Positions 9,845-19,325 of a stretch of 64,000 bases of DNA are shown here, piece by piece. The stretch's first letter is position 1. Each line of letters begins with the position of its first letter. Location: the NCBI GenBank assembly GCA_965227775.1, contig OZ245777.1, forward strand, positions 1,088,001 through 1,152,000, in the 5' to 3' direction. The notes under the pieces are model-generated. The model was not told the DNA's origin and searched no databases. It worked only from the letters and a program-made list of their open reading frames with translations. The position numbers were made by a program, and so were the translations under genes. The stretch is from Phycisphaerales bacterium (GTDB lineage Bacteria; Planctomycetota; Phycisphaerae; Phycisphaerales; UBA1924).

Positions 9845-10441
9845 ATGCCTCGTCGAGCCCCAGCCAACTTCGCCGCCCCGTGCCTCGCCGCCGCCGCGCT
9901 CACCCAGGCCGCCCTCGCGCAGGCCGCTATCACGATCGACGTCGACCAGCCGACCCTGCGGCCCGGCGAGAGCACGAGCGTGACGCTCACTGCGAGCTTT
10001 CCGACTCGGGACTGGGCGATGGCCGGCGTCTTGACGGACTTTGTCACTTCGGTCGGCGGCGAGGGCTGGAGCGACGCGAGCGTCGTCGCGCCCATGAACG
10101 GACCCGGCACGTCGGCAGGCGAAGCCTCGGCCGCCGGTTGGGACGGCATCCTCGCCGGGCAGCTCCAGACCCACGACATCTTCGCCGACCCGACGAATCC
10201 GATTGCCTTCTGGACCATCACATACACCGCGCCCAGCGACGTCGCCGCACCGTTCGATATCGATCTCTCGACGATGACGAGTTGGTACAACGTGTATGTC
10301 TCGGATTCTTCAAGCTTCGTCGAGTCCCGCTTCGACGAGTTAGTCGAGGCCTCGGGCACCATCCGCGTCATCCCCGCGCCGGCCTCGATCGTCGTCCTCG
10401 TCCTGGGCGCGGCGTGCGTCCGCCGCCGCCGCCGCCGCTGA
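9845..10441 (+). CDS. PEP-CTERM-like anchored cohesin-like beta-domain protein, paralog 1
   Basis: Real start at ATG 9845 inside the 840-aa track ORF; signal peptide ALA-Q, ~150-aa domain, IPAPAS-TM-RRRRRR. Confidence 0.85.
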   Translation: MPRRAPANFAAPCLAAAALTQAALAQAAITIDVDQPTLRPGESTSVTLTASFPTRDWAMAGVLTDFVTSVGGEGWSDASVVAPMNGPGTSAGEASAAGWDGILAGQLQTHDIFADPTNPIAFWTITYTAPSDVAAPFDIDLSTMTSWYNVYVSDSSSFVESRFDELVEASGTIRVIPAPASIVVLVLGAACVRRRRRR

Positions 10442-10465
10442 GCCCCAACCGGAGAAGAGAGCACC

Positions 10466-11050
10466 ATGCAACGCATCTCAAACATCGCGACAGTCGCAAC
10501 TCTTACCTGCGCCTCCACCGCCCTCGCCCAGCTGGCCATCACGATCGAGGTCGATGACCCGGTGCTGATGCCCGGTGAGAGCACCGTCGTGACCCTACTC
10601 GGTGGGTACGACGCACCCGATTTCGCTGTGGCGGGCATCGCAACGAGCCTGGTGACATCCGTCGGGAGCGAGGGGTGGGGCGACGCCATGGTCCTCTCGC
10701 CGATGAGTGGCCCCGGCACCTCGGCCGGCGTGCCCGGCCTCACGGGGATCGACGGCATCGTCGCCGGGCAGCTCCAGTTTGCGGGAGCGGGCATTGCGGC
10801 CGACCCGACGAATCCAATCCGATTCTGGCAAGCGACGTACACGGCCCCCACTGACCTGTTGGTGCCGTTTGAGATCGATCTCTCGACCATGACTTCACGC
10901 TATGACGTGTATCTCGAGATCTTCGTGGGCACATCCGAATCCCGTCTGGACGACCTCACCGAAGGCGCCGCCACCATCCGCGTCATCCCCGCGCCGGCGT
11001 CGGCGCTCATCCTCGCGCTGGGCGCGTGCGCCGTGCGTCGCCGCCGTTAA
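10466..11050 (+). CDS. PEP-CTERM-like anchored cohesin-like beta-domain protein, paralog 2
   Basis: Aligns end to end with its neighbours (PGEST.VTL, GPGTSAG, DGI.AGQL, ADPTNPI.FW..TYTAP, TIRVIPAPAS). Confidence 0.85.
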   Translation: MQRISNIATVATLTCASTALAQLAITIEVDDPVLMPGESTVVTLLGGYDAPDFAVAGIATSLVTSVGSEGWGDAMVLSPMSGPGTSAGVPGLTGIDGIVAGQLQFAGAGIAADPTNPIRFWQATYTAPTDLLVPFEIDLSTMTSRYDVYLEIFVGTSESRLDDLTEGAATIRVIPAPASALILALGACAVRRRR

Positions 11051-11074
11051 TCGATGAATCAAGGAGCAACCACC

Positions 11075-11653
11075 ATGCTGCGCACCGCGACACTCATCAT
11101 CCTGGCCGCCACGTCCACCACCCTCGCCCAGGCGGCCATCACGATCGACATCGACCAGCCCACACTGCTGCCGGGCGAGAGCACGAGCGTGACGCTGCTG
11201 GCCGGATTCCCCACTCGGGACTACGCCATGGCGGGCCTGGGCACGAACTTGGTCACCTCCGTCGGCAGCGAGGGCTGGAGCGACGCCATGCGCGTTGCGC
11301 CAATGGACGGACCGGGCACATCGGCGGGCATGGCCTCGGCCACGGGCTGGGACGGCATCATCGCCGGCCAGCTCAACTTCCCCGCGACCGGCGGCATCTT
11401 CGCCGACCCGACGAACCCGATCGCCTACTGGACGGTCACCTACACGGCGCCCTCCGACGTGGCCGCGCCGTTCGACATCGACCTGTCGACGATGACGAGT
11501 CGGTACGACGTGTACATCTGGAGGGACAGCGGCACCTCCGAGTCTCGCCTTGCCGAACTGGTCGAGGGCTCGGGCACCATCCGCGTCATCCCTGCCCCGG
11601 CGTCGGCGCTCGTGCTTGCGCTGGGTATGGGCGCGATGCGTCGGCGGCGTTGA
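11075..11653 (+). CDS. PEP-CTERM-like anchored cohesin-like beta-domain protein, paralog 3
   Basis: AAGGAG RBS before ATG 11075; same architecture, most similar to paralog 1. Confidence 0.85.
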   Translation: MLRTATLIILAATSTTLAQAAITIDIDQPTLLPGESTSVTLLAGFPTRDYAMAGLGTNLVTSVGSEGWSDAMRVAPMDGPGTSAGMASATGWDGIIAGQLNFPATGGIFADPTNPIAYWTVTYTAPSDVAAPFDIDLSTMTSRYDVYIWRDSGTSESRLAELVEGSGTIRVIPAPASALVLALGMGAMRRRR

Positions 11654-11677
11654 GGCCCGAGGCGAAGGAGCCCCGCC

Positions 11678-12256
11678 ATGATCCGAGCATCAACCATCGC
11701 CGTCCTCTCGTGCGCCACCGCGACGCTGGCGCAGCCGGCCATCACGATCGATGTTGAGAACCCGGTGCTCCTGCCCGGTGAGAGCACAACAGTGACGCTG
11801 TTCGCCGGGTTTGATCCGAGCGACTATGCGATGGCCGGGGTCGCGACCGATCTCCTCATTTCGATCGGCAGTGCTGGGTTTAGCGACCGGACACTGCTTC
11901 AGCCACTCGACGGACCCGGAACGAGTACCGGCACGCCGTCGGCTATTGGCTTCGATGGCATCATCGGCGGGCAGATTCACTTTCCAGGCGGCGCGGGCAT
12001 CTTCGCCGATCCGATCAACCCCGCGCCGTTCTGGCAGATCACGTACACCGCGCCTGTGGATGTTGCGATACCGTTCGACATCGAACTTTCCACGATATCG
12101 AACAAATACGACGTCTATATAGCCATGGATAGCGGCACTCCGGAAACGCGCCTTGCCGAATTGACCGAGGGAGCCGCCACCATCCGCGTCGTCCCCGCCC
12201 CGGCATCCTCACTCGTGCTTGCCGCGGGCATGGCCGGCGTGCGCCGCCGGCGTTGA
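11678..12256 (+). CDS. PEP-CTERM-like anchored cohesin-like beta-domain protein, paralog 4
   Basis: AAGGAG RBS; same architecture, ends VPAPASSLVLAAGMAGVRRRR. Confidence 0.85.
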   Translation: MIRASTIAVLSCATATLAQPAITIDVENPVLLPGESTTVTLFAGFDPSDYAMAGVATDLLISIGSAGFSDRTLLQPLDGPGTSTGTPSAIGFDGIIGGQIHFPGGAGIFADPINPAPFWQITYTAPVDVAIPFDIELSTISNKYDVYIAMDSGTPETRLAELTEGAATIRVVPAPASSLVLAAGMAGVRRRR

Positions 12257-12274
12257 GGACGCGCTGATGCCGGC

Positions 12275-13072
12275 TCAGTCGCGGGTCGTCGCGTCGATCC
12301 ACTCGCGGATGGCGCTGACCGAGGTGGCGTGCGTCGTGTCGCCGTATGTGCCGATGTTGTCCGTCGCGGTATCGATGGCACCGATGATGCCGATGAGCGT
12401 CCAGCCGTCCTTGGTCTGAGAGAGCACCGGGCCGCCGCTGTCGCCGACGAACGCCGACGACTCGTGCGTGGTCGCCGTTTCGTCGTCTGGGGCGCTGAAC
12501 GAAATGATCAGCTCGTTGCGTTCGGCGTCGACGCGGTCGACGCGGTTCGTGCCCGCGTGCTTCACGCCCCGCGGCATGCGGTTGGCCTCGCGCGGCGGCA
12601 CGCCCTCGCTGGTTGTCGAGACGAAGCTGCCCACGCCGACGATCGTGATCTCGGGCTGCGCCGCATCGAAGGCGCCCAGCGTGATGGGCTCGACCGACCC
12701 GACCACCTCCACAAGGTGCAGTAACGCGACGTCGCCCGGCGAGAACAGATCGTCCTTGCCGCGATTGGCCATCTGCTGCTCCAGCGGCGTCCAGTCCGGG
12801 TGGATCTCGACGCGATCGACCGTGAACTCGCGACCGTCGTCGAGGGCGAAGACGATCGGCGTGCGATTCTGCAGGCGGAGGGCGTCGGCCACGTGGGCCG
12901 CGGTCACGACCCAGTCGTCGTCGATCAGGGTGCCCGTGCCCACGCCGCCCACGGTGCCAACGGCCGCGAACGGCTGGGCCATCTCGGCGTGCGCGTCGCT
13001 GGTCGCCTCGGAGGGTCCGACGATGGCAAGGGCGCACGCGCTGAAGAAGTACAAGACAAGCTGAAAGACCAT
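12275..13072 (-). CDS. Secreted trypsin-like (S1) serine protease
   Basis: WVVTAAH (His), GDVALLHL (Asp), GDSGGP (Ser); signal peptide. Confidence 0.9.
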   Translation of the reverse strand: MVFQLVLYFFSACALAIVGPSEATSDAHAEMAQPFAAVGTVGGVGTGTLIDDDWVVTAAHVADALRLQNRTPIVFALDDGREFTVDRVEIHPDWTPLEQQMANRGKDDLFSPGDVALLHLVEVVGSVEPITLGAFDAAQPEITIVGVGSFVSTTSEGVPPREANRMPRGVKHAGTNRVDRVDAERNELIISFSAPDDETATTHESSAFVGDSGGPVLSQTKDGWTLIGIIGAIDTATDNIGTYGDTTHATSVSAIREWIDATTRD

Positions 13073-13200
13073 GGAGTCTCCCCGGGAGGTAGGGCCGTTG
13101 GTTGCGGCGGGGTTGGTTGGTGTCGGCCGGACGGCCGCTGCACTGGTAGTCGGGATTCGCCCGCCCGCGTTTCAGTCCTCTAGCCACCTACAACAGACCC

Positions 13201-14343
13201 ATGCTTTGGCTCGTGCTGGCCCTGGGTGCGGTGGCCCTGCTCGTGGCGTTTGTCGCCACGTGGCTCGCCACGCGGCTGGGCCGCCGGCTGAACACGCTCG
13301 ACGCCGCGGGCGTCGCGGGACAGGTGAAGGCCGACCCGAGGCGCGTGCCCAACATCGGCGGCATCGGCGTCGTGGCCGGCCTGCTCGTGCCCATCGTCGG
13401 AGCGCTCGTGCTCGCACCGATGGTCGATGGCCCGCACCGCGAGCTGACCGATCCGTCGGCGGTCATCCTCGACGCCGTGGTCCTCATCGCGGCCATCCTT
13501 CTGCTGCACGTGCTCGGCCTTGTCGATGACCGCAAGCCATTGGGCCCCTGGCTCAAGATGGGCCTGATGGCCCTGCCCGCGGTTGCCATCCCGCTGCTGA
13601 CCGACTCGCGATTGCTGACGCTGCTCGACCAGTACCCGGGCGGCGAGATCGCGAGCGTTGCCATCACCGCGCTCTGGCTTCTGGCGATGACCAACGCGCT
13701 GAACTTTCTGGACAACATGGACGGCCTGGGCGCCGGCATCGCCGCCATCGCGGGGGCGTTCCTGACGATCGCGATGCTCATGGCCGGCCAGTGGTTCGTT
13801 GCGGGCCTGAGCGCGTGCGTGGTGGGGGCGTGCCTGGGCTTCCTCCCGCACAACTTCCCGAAGGCCCGCGTCTTCATGGGCGACGGCGGATCGCTGGTGC
13901 TCGGGTTCGTGCTGGGCTTCCTGAGTGTGCGGGGGACATATGTCACTGTCGATTCGCCGATCGCCGGCACGCGATCCAATGAACCGCTTATGGTCGGCAT
14001 CGTCGAACCGACGATCACCTGGTGGGCGGTGCTGCTGCCCGTGCTGGTGCTCGCCGTGCCGCTGTACGACCTGGCCACGGTCGTCGGCCTGCGCCTCAGC
14101 CAGGGCAAGAGCCCACTGGTGGGGGATCTGCAGCACGTCAGCCACCGCTTGGCCGATCGCGGATTGGGCCGGCGCGGCGCCGTGCTCGTGCTCTGGGCCT
14201 TCGGCATGATCGCCGGCGCCTCGGGCTTGCTGCTGCTCACCGTGAACGCCACCGGAGCCATCATCATCGGCGTGCAGGCGGCCGTGCTGATGGCGGTGCT
14301 GGGCGTGCTGGAGTTCTGGCCCAGGGGCAAGGCGCATGGATGA
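13201..14343 (+). CDS. MraY/WecA-family (GT4) undecaprenyl-phosphate HexNAc-1-phosphate transferase
   Basis: PNIGGI, GLVDD, NALNFLDNMDGL, GFLPHNFPKARVFMGDGGS, HVSHRL motifs; polytopic membrane protein. Confidence 0.92.
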   Translation: MLWLVLALGAVALLVAFVATWLATRLGRRLNTLDAAGVAGQVKADPRRVPNIGGIGVVAGLLVPIVGALVLAPMVDGPHRELTDPSAVILDAVVLIAAILLLHVLGLVDDRKPLGPWLKMGLMALPAVAIPLLTDSRLLTLLDQYPGGEIASVAITALWLLAMTNALNFLDNMDGLGAGIAAIAGAFLTIAMLMAGQWFVAGLSACVVGACLGFLPHNFPKARVFMGDGGSLVLGFVLGFLSVRGTYVTVDSPIAGTRSNEPLMVGIVEPTITWWAVLLPVLVLAVPLYDLATVVGLRLSQGKSPLVGDLQHVSHRLADRGLGRRGAVLVLWAFGMIAGASGLLLLTVNATGAIIIGVQAAVLMAVLGVLEFWPRGKAHG

Positions 14344-16615
14344 GCGGGCGCGCACGAGCGGCTTGGTTCGCGGCCTGACAATCGTCATCGCCCTGCTCGC
14401 CTGCGTGCGCGCGCTCATGGCGTTCGATCCGATGCCGGGTTGGGGGCTCGATCCCTACACCATCGCCGCGCCCGCCGGCGCCTTTGGTCCGCGAGAGGCG
14501 GCGCTGTTCGACGTGCTGACGATTTTGCTGAGCGGCCTTGTGCTCCTGCTCGCGCCGCCGCCGCGCTGGAAGCAGTGGGCCTGTTGGGCCGTGGCGCTCG
14601 CGCTCGTTGGCGTCGTCGGGCTCTTGCACGGATTGCCCGACGGGCCGAGGCAGGCCGATCTCTCGCCTGCGCTCGCGTGGCTGGCGGCGCTCGCCGGCGC
14701 GGGCGGCCTGGCACGCGGCTGCGCGGATGTCGGCACGCGCCGCATCGTTACCGCGCTGGTGGCCGGGCTGACAGCAATGCTCGTGACAAAGGGCCTGGTG
14801 CAGTTGCTTATCGAGCATCCCGCGACCGTTGCCCAGTTCGAAGACGACGAGGCACGCATGCTCGCAGCCCAGGGGCTCGAGCCCGGCACGTCCGGGGCCC
14901 GCGCTTTCGAGCGGCGCTTGCGCCAGCCCGAGATCACCGGCTGGATCGGCTTCTCGAACGTCGTCGCCTCATTCCTGGCCGCGGGCGGCGTGCTGCTGGC
15001 GGCCATCGCCGTCTCGGCGCGCCGCTGGGCGGCACTCGTCGCGGGCATCGGCGCGCTCGTCTCGCTGGGCCTGGTCGTCTATGGCGGCAGCAAGGGCGCG
15101 ATGGCCGCCGGCGTGCTCGGGCTCTCGTGCATCGCGATTGGTCGATTCGCGCCGGCGCGCTGGCGAGAGGGCCCGATGCGTGCGCGCATCGCCGGCGTGC
15201 TCGCGCTCGCCGTTGTCATCGGGCCGATCCTTGCGCTCATCGCGCGCGGCATGGTGGGCGAGCGCGTGGGCGAGCTGAGCCTGCTCTTTCGGTGGTTCTA
15301 CGTCGAGGCGTCGACGCGCATCGCGATCAACAACCCGCTGTTCGGCGTTGGCCCCGGCGGATTCAAGGATGCTTACGCTGTCGCGAAGGATCCGATCAGC
15401 CCGGAGAACGCCGCCAGCCCGCACAGCGTGGTGTTTGACGCGATGGCAACGATGGGTGTCGTTCTCGGGATCGTCGCGCTCGCGTTGCTTTTGTTCGCGG
15501 CGTGGCGGGCGGCAAAGGCGTTGCAGGAGCAACCTGAGGAAACCGAGGACGCCGAGCGTGTCCCCCGCCTCGCGCTCGTGGCTGGGCCGGCGATGGCGGT
15601 AGTCATCGGCGTGCGGTTCGAGCTGGAGTCCGTCGGCGGCCTGACGCCGGGGTTGGCCATCGCGTGGATCGGCGGTCTCGCGGGCTGGGTGGCGATCGCC
15701 ATCGCGGCATGGCACGCGCCAGTCAGGGCCGTCGTGCTGGGCGCGGGTGCGGCCGCGCTCGTACTGATCGCGCATGGGCAGATCGAGATGACGCCGGTGC
15801 TCGTTGGGAGCGCCTCGCTGTGGGCGGCGTGGTTGGCGATCGCGGTCGCGAGAGACAGCACCGAAGCAGGAGCTCCAACCGGACCGGGTCGCCTCGTTGG
15901 GGCGGTTCCTGCGCTCACGGCTCTTGTGGTCGCGGTGCTGGCGTTGCCGGGTGTCTGGGCGTGGCAGTCGGCCGTCGAGCGGGCCGCCGCAGCCGCGCGC
16001 CGGCCGGCGGAGTTCGGGGCTGTTCTCCAGGCCAGCGGCGGAGACCCCAGGGTCGTCCGGGCCGTGGCCGAGCAGGTATCAGCCGAGATCGGACGGTCCG
16101 TCGGGCCCGCGAATCTGGCGGCGGGGTTAGCGGTGCTGGGTCGGCAGTCCTCGCTCGCGGCGGCGAATGAGGCGGATCGGGCGGTGCAGGCGGCCCCGGC
16201 GGACGGCCCAACGCTGCGGATGGCCGCTCGCGCTTGGCTGGTGGTCGCTCTGGCAGGCGACGACGCTTCAGCGGAACGAGCACTCGCGCTCTCCCAGCGA
16301 GCGACCGAGAGCGAGCCGGCTTCGGCCCAGAACTTCAGCCATCGCGCCACCGTGCTGGCGGCCCTGAATCCCGATGGCTCGCGGACGGCCGACGTGCTCG
16401 AGGCCTTGGCCAGTGCGGAGGCCCTGAACCCGGCCAGCCCGCAGCTCAAGTTCCGGCAGTTCCAGATCGCCCGCGATGCCGGTCTCGATGCCCGGGCCCT
16501 GGGCAGCGCAGGAGCTGCGCTCGAAGCCGACGAGCGGATGCGGCTCGACAGGCTCGGGGCCGGGCTCAACGAGGAGCAGATCGCCGAGATCAGGGGCTAT
16601 CTGGACGCTCGCTAG
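14336..16615 (+). CDS. O-antigen ligase/oligosaccharyltransferase-family membrane protein with C-terminal TPR-like helices
   Basis: Many TM segments; GSKGA, SLLFRW, NPLFGVGPGGF, SPHSVVF (Wzy_C-like); overlaps the wecA-like stop. Confidence 0.8.
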   Translation: MDERARTSGLVRGLTIVIALLACVRALMAFDPMPGWGLDPYTIAAPAGAFGPREAALFDVLTILLSGLVLLLAPPPRWKQWACWAVALALVGVVGLLHGLPDGPRQADLSPALAWLAALAGAGGLARGCADVGTRRIVTALVAGLTAMLVTKGLVQLLIEHPATVAQFEDDEARMLAAQGLEPGTSGARAFERRLRQPEITGWIGFSNVVASFLAAGGVLLAAIAVSARRWAALVAGIGALVSLGLVVYGGSKGAMAAGVLGLSCIAIGRFAPARWREGPMRARIAGVLALAVVIGPILALIARGMVGERVGELSLLFRWFYVEASTRIAINNPLFGVGPGGFKDAYAVAKDPISPENAASPHSVVFDAMATMGVVLGIVALALLLFAAWRAAKALQEQPEETEDAERVPRLALVAGPAMAVVIGVRFELESVGGLTPGLAIAWIGGLAGWVAIAIAAWHAPVRAVVLGAGAAALVLIAHGQIEMTPVLVGSASLWAAWLAIAVARDSTEAGAPTGPGRLVGAVPALTALVVAVLALPGVWAWQSAVERAAAAARRPAEFGAVLQASGGDPRVVRAVAEQVSAEIGRSVGPANLAAGLAVLGRQSSLAAANEADRAVQAAPADGPTLRMAARAWLVVALAGDDASAERALALSQRATESEPASAQNFSHRATVLAALNPDGSRTADVLEALASAEALNPASPQLKFRQFQIARDAGLDARALGSAGAALEADERMRLDRLGAGLNEEQIAEIRGYLDAR

Positions 16616-16628
16616 GCGTGCCTGTCGC

Positions 16629-16656
16629 TTGACGGAACGGCCTGGGGTTCTAGCAT
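16629..16656 (+). promoter_or_regulatory. Putative sigma70 promoter for the fusA leader
   Basis: TTGACG-N16-TAGCAT. Confidence 0.5.
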
Positions 16657-16662
16657 TACGCT

Positions 16663-17013
16663 TCGGCCCACGGCTTCCGTGGCCGCCGGTGGTGATGGTG
16701 TGCGGTCAGGGCGTTGTTCGAGACCACGCCATGGGCGAGGGCCCAGGGCGACGGGATCGCTGCTCTCGGCGGCGGCACTCCGGCGGCCGGCGATCCGGGC
16801 CGAACGATTCGAGTTTCGAGACAGAGGCATCGGTCTGGAGGGGCGTAGCCCCAAGGCCGATGAGTACCAGATAACCAGGGCCCATCCGAAGCTTCGGGCG
16901 GGCAGCCGATCATGGATTCCGAGCGCGTGCTCGGGTCGGGTGATGGGTGATGGAATTGCTCATTCGTTCGCCCGACTGGCGAGCGAGCAGACCGAGGACA
17001 CGAGGACGACGCC
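16663..17013 (+). ncRNA. Candidate structured 5' leader or ncRNA upstream of fusA (unclassified)
   Basis: About 350 nt with no convincing CDS and at least five hairpins (16668-16682, 16828-16862, 16880-16903, 16919-16934, 16963-16987). Confidence 0.35.
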
Positions 17014-19134
17014 ATGGCCGAGATGCCGCTGAACAAAGTTCGTAACATCGGGATTGCCGCCCACATCGATGCGGGCAAGACCACGGTCACCGAGCGCATC
17101 CTCTTCTACACCGGCAAGACCCACAAGCTGGGCGAGGTGCACGAGGGCACCGCGACGATGGACTTCCTGCAGGAAGAACAGGAGCGCGGCATCACCATCC
17201 AGTCGGCGGCGACGACCTGCCACTGGACCCGCAGCGACGTCGAGTATCAGATCAACCTGATCGACACGCCGGGCCACGTGGACTTCACCATCGAGGTGGA
17301 GCGTTCGCTCCGCGTGCTCGACGGCGCGGTCGCGGTGTTCGATGGCAAAGAGGGCGTCGAGGCCCAGAGCGAAACCGTGTGGCGCCAGGCCGACCGGTAC
17401 AGCGTGCCGCGCATCTGCTACATCAACAAGATGGACAAGATCGGGGCGAACTTCGAGTTCAGCTTCAACTCGATCAAGAAGCGCCTTGGCGCGAACGCCA
17501 TCGCCGTGCAGATCCCCATCGGCGCGGGCAACGAGCTCGAGGGCATCATCGATCTGCTCGGCATGCGGGCGTACTACTTCGACGCCAACGAACAGGGCGC
17601 GGTGGTGACCGAGAAGGACATCCCCGATGACCTCATGGCCGAGGCCGAGAAGTGGCGGCACGAGCTGGTCGACGCGGCCAGCGCACTCGACGACGACCTG
17701 ACCGAGAAGTACCTCGAGGACGAAAACTCGGTCACGGTCGAGGACATCCGCCAGGCTCTGCGCAAGGGCACGCTGAAGCTGACCTGCAACCCGGTCTTCT
17801 GCGGCTCGGCCCTGAAGAACATCGGCGTGCAGCGCCTGCTGGACGGCGTTATCGACTACCTGCCCAACCCCACGCAGGTTCCCGAGGTGCAGGGCGTTGA
17901 CCCCAAGGACTCGGAGAACAAGCTCAGCCGCCCGCACGACTCCAAGGCGCCGCTCTCGGCCCTGGTGTTCAAGGTGGTAGCCGACAGCCACGGCGACCTC
18001 ACGTACACCCGCATCTACTCGGGTACGCTCGAGAAGGGCAGCCGCGTGCTGAACCCCGGCAACGGCAAGCGTGAGATCGTCAGCCGCATCTACCAGATGC
18101 AGGCCAAGACGCGTGAGGCGCTCGACGCCGCACACGCTGGTTCGATCGTGGCGATCATCGGCATCAAGGACTCGATCACGGGCGACACCCTGTGCGACCC
18201 GAGTGATCCGATCCTGCTGGAGCGGATGGACTTCCCGGATCCGGTGATCTCGATGTCGATCGAGCCCAACACCAGCGACGACAAGCGCAAGCTGAGCGAG
18301 GCGCTCGTGACGATCCGCCGCGAGGACCCCAGCTTCCAGAGCCACTACGACGACGAGACCGGCCAGACCATCATCGCCGGCATGGGTGAGCTGCACCTTG
18401 AGATCATCAAGAACAAGCTGACCCGCGACATGAAGATCGGCGTGCAGGTCGGCAAGCCGCGTGTGAGCTACCGCGAGGCCATCCAGGGCGAGGCCAAGGA
18501 AGTCCGTGGCAAGTTCGTCAAGCAGACCGGTGGTCGCGGTCAGTTCGGTGACGTGATCATCAACCTGCGTCCGTACACGAAGGAAGAGGCCGAGGAGGAG
18601 GGCATCAAGTTCGTCGAGGGGGTTGCCTTCGAGAACAAGATCGTCGGCGGCTCGATCCCCAAGGAGTTCATCCCCTCGGTCGAGGCGGGCATCCGTCAGA
18701 CGGCGGCCAGCGGTGTGACGGCGGGCTACCCGCTGATCAACATCAAGGCCGAGCTTGTCGACGGCTCGTACCACCAGGTCGATAGCTCGCAGGTGGCCTT
18801 CGAGCAGGCGGCGCGCCTGGCGCTCCGTGAGGCTGTCTCCAAGGCCCGCAGCGTGCTGCTCGAGCCGATCATGAAGGTCGTCATCGTGACGCCCGAGGAG
18901 TTCTTCGGTAATGTCACCGGTGACATCTCGAGCCGCCGCGGCATGATCATCGACACCGAGGACCGCGGCGCCGGCATCCGCCAGATCACGTGCGAGTGTC
19001 CGCTGAGCGAGATGTTCGGCTACACGACCACGCTCCGCGGCATGAGCCAGGGCCGTGCGGCGGCGTCGATGGAGTTCCAAGAGTACCGCCCGATGCCGGC
19101 GAACCTGATGCAGGAGGTCATCGCCGCCGACTAA
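17014..19134 (+). CDS. fusA: Translation elongation factor G
   Basis: [54 protein letters not shown] motifs; 706 aa. Confidence 0.97.
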   Translation: MAEMPLNKVRNIGIAAHIDAGKTTVTERILFYTGKTHKLGEVHEGTATMDFLQEEQERGITIQSAATTCHWTRSDVEYQINLIDTPGHVDFTIEVERSLRVLDGAVAVFDGKEGVEAQSETVWRQADRYSVPRICYINKMDKIGANFEFSFNSIKKRLGANAIAVQIPIGAGNELEGIIDLLGMRAYYFDANEQGAVVTEKDIPDDLMAEAEKWRHELVDAASALDDDLTEKYLEDENSVTVEDIRQALRKGTLKLTCNPVFCGSALKNIGVQRLLDGVIDYLPNPTQVPEVQGVDPKDSENKLSRPHDSKAPLSALVFKVVADSHGDLTYTRIYSGTLEKGSRVLNPGNGKREIVSRIYQMQAKTREALDAAHAGSIVAIIGIKDSITGDTLCDPSDPILLERMDFPDPVISMSIEPNTSDDKRKLSEALVTIRREDPSFQSHYDDETGQTIIAGMGELHLEIIKNKLTRDMKIGVQVGKPRVSYREAIQGEAKEVRGKFVKQTGGRGQFGDVIINLRPYTKEEAEEEGIKFVEGVAFENKIVGGSIPKEFIPSVEAGIRQTAASGVTAGYPLINIKAELVDGSYHQVDSSQVAFEQAARLALREAVSKARSVLLEPIMKVVIVTPEEFFGNVTGDISSRRGMIIDTEDRGAGIRQITCECPLSEMFGYTTTLRGMSQGRAAASMEFQEYRPMPANLMQEVIAAD

Positions 19135-19325
19135 TCGGACGCGGCGGCCGCAGCCGATTGGCTGTCGGATCGACTCCGCTCGAAATTATCGTCTCAAACC
19201 GCAGACGCCCACGCCTTGGAGGCCTCCGAAACCGGCCTCCCACCCGCGTGGGCGTTATGCTTGGGGTCGCAACCCAGGGCGGGGCCCGTTCGGTCCGCCG
19301 CAGTCCAGGCGAAGGGGAGGCCACG

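Noticed and set aside
7919..10441. 840-aa plus-strand ORF
   Set aside because: Most of it is the antisense shadow of atpA plus intergenic sequence; only 9845-10441 matches the three downstream paralogs.
9307..10890. 527-aa minus-strand ORF containing FGMPET heptads
   Set aside because: Mostly antisense to the adaptor genes. The heptads arise on both strands from the palindromic DNA repeat, and no credible start was found.
9845..12256. Diversity-generating retroelement or shufflon behind the paralog variation
   Set aside because: No reverse transcriptase or recombinase is present, all four copies are intact genes, and the differences do not look adenine-specific.
16663..17013. RNase P RNA, tmRNA or SRP RNA
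   Set aside because: No GAGGAAAGTCC, no tRNA-like ends and no SRP helix-8 motif were found; kept only as an unclassified leader.
16960..19080. 706-aa ORF antisense to fusA
   Set aside because: Codon-mirror artefact of a strongly GC3-biased gene, with no recognisable motifs.
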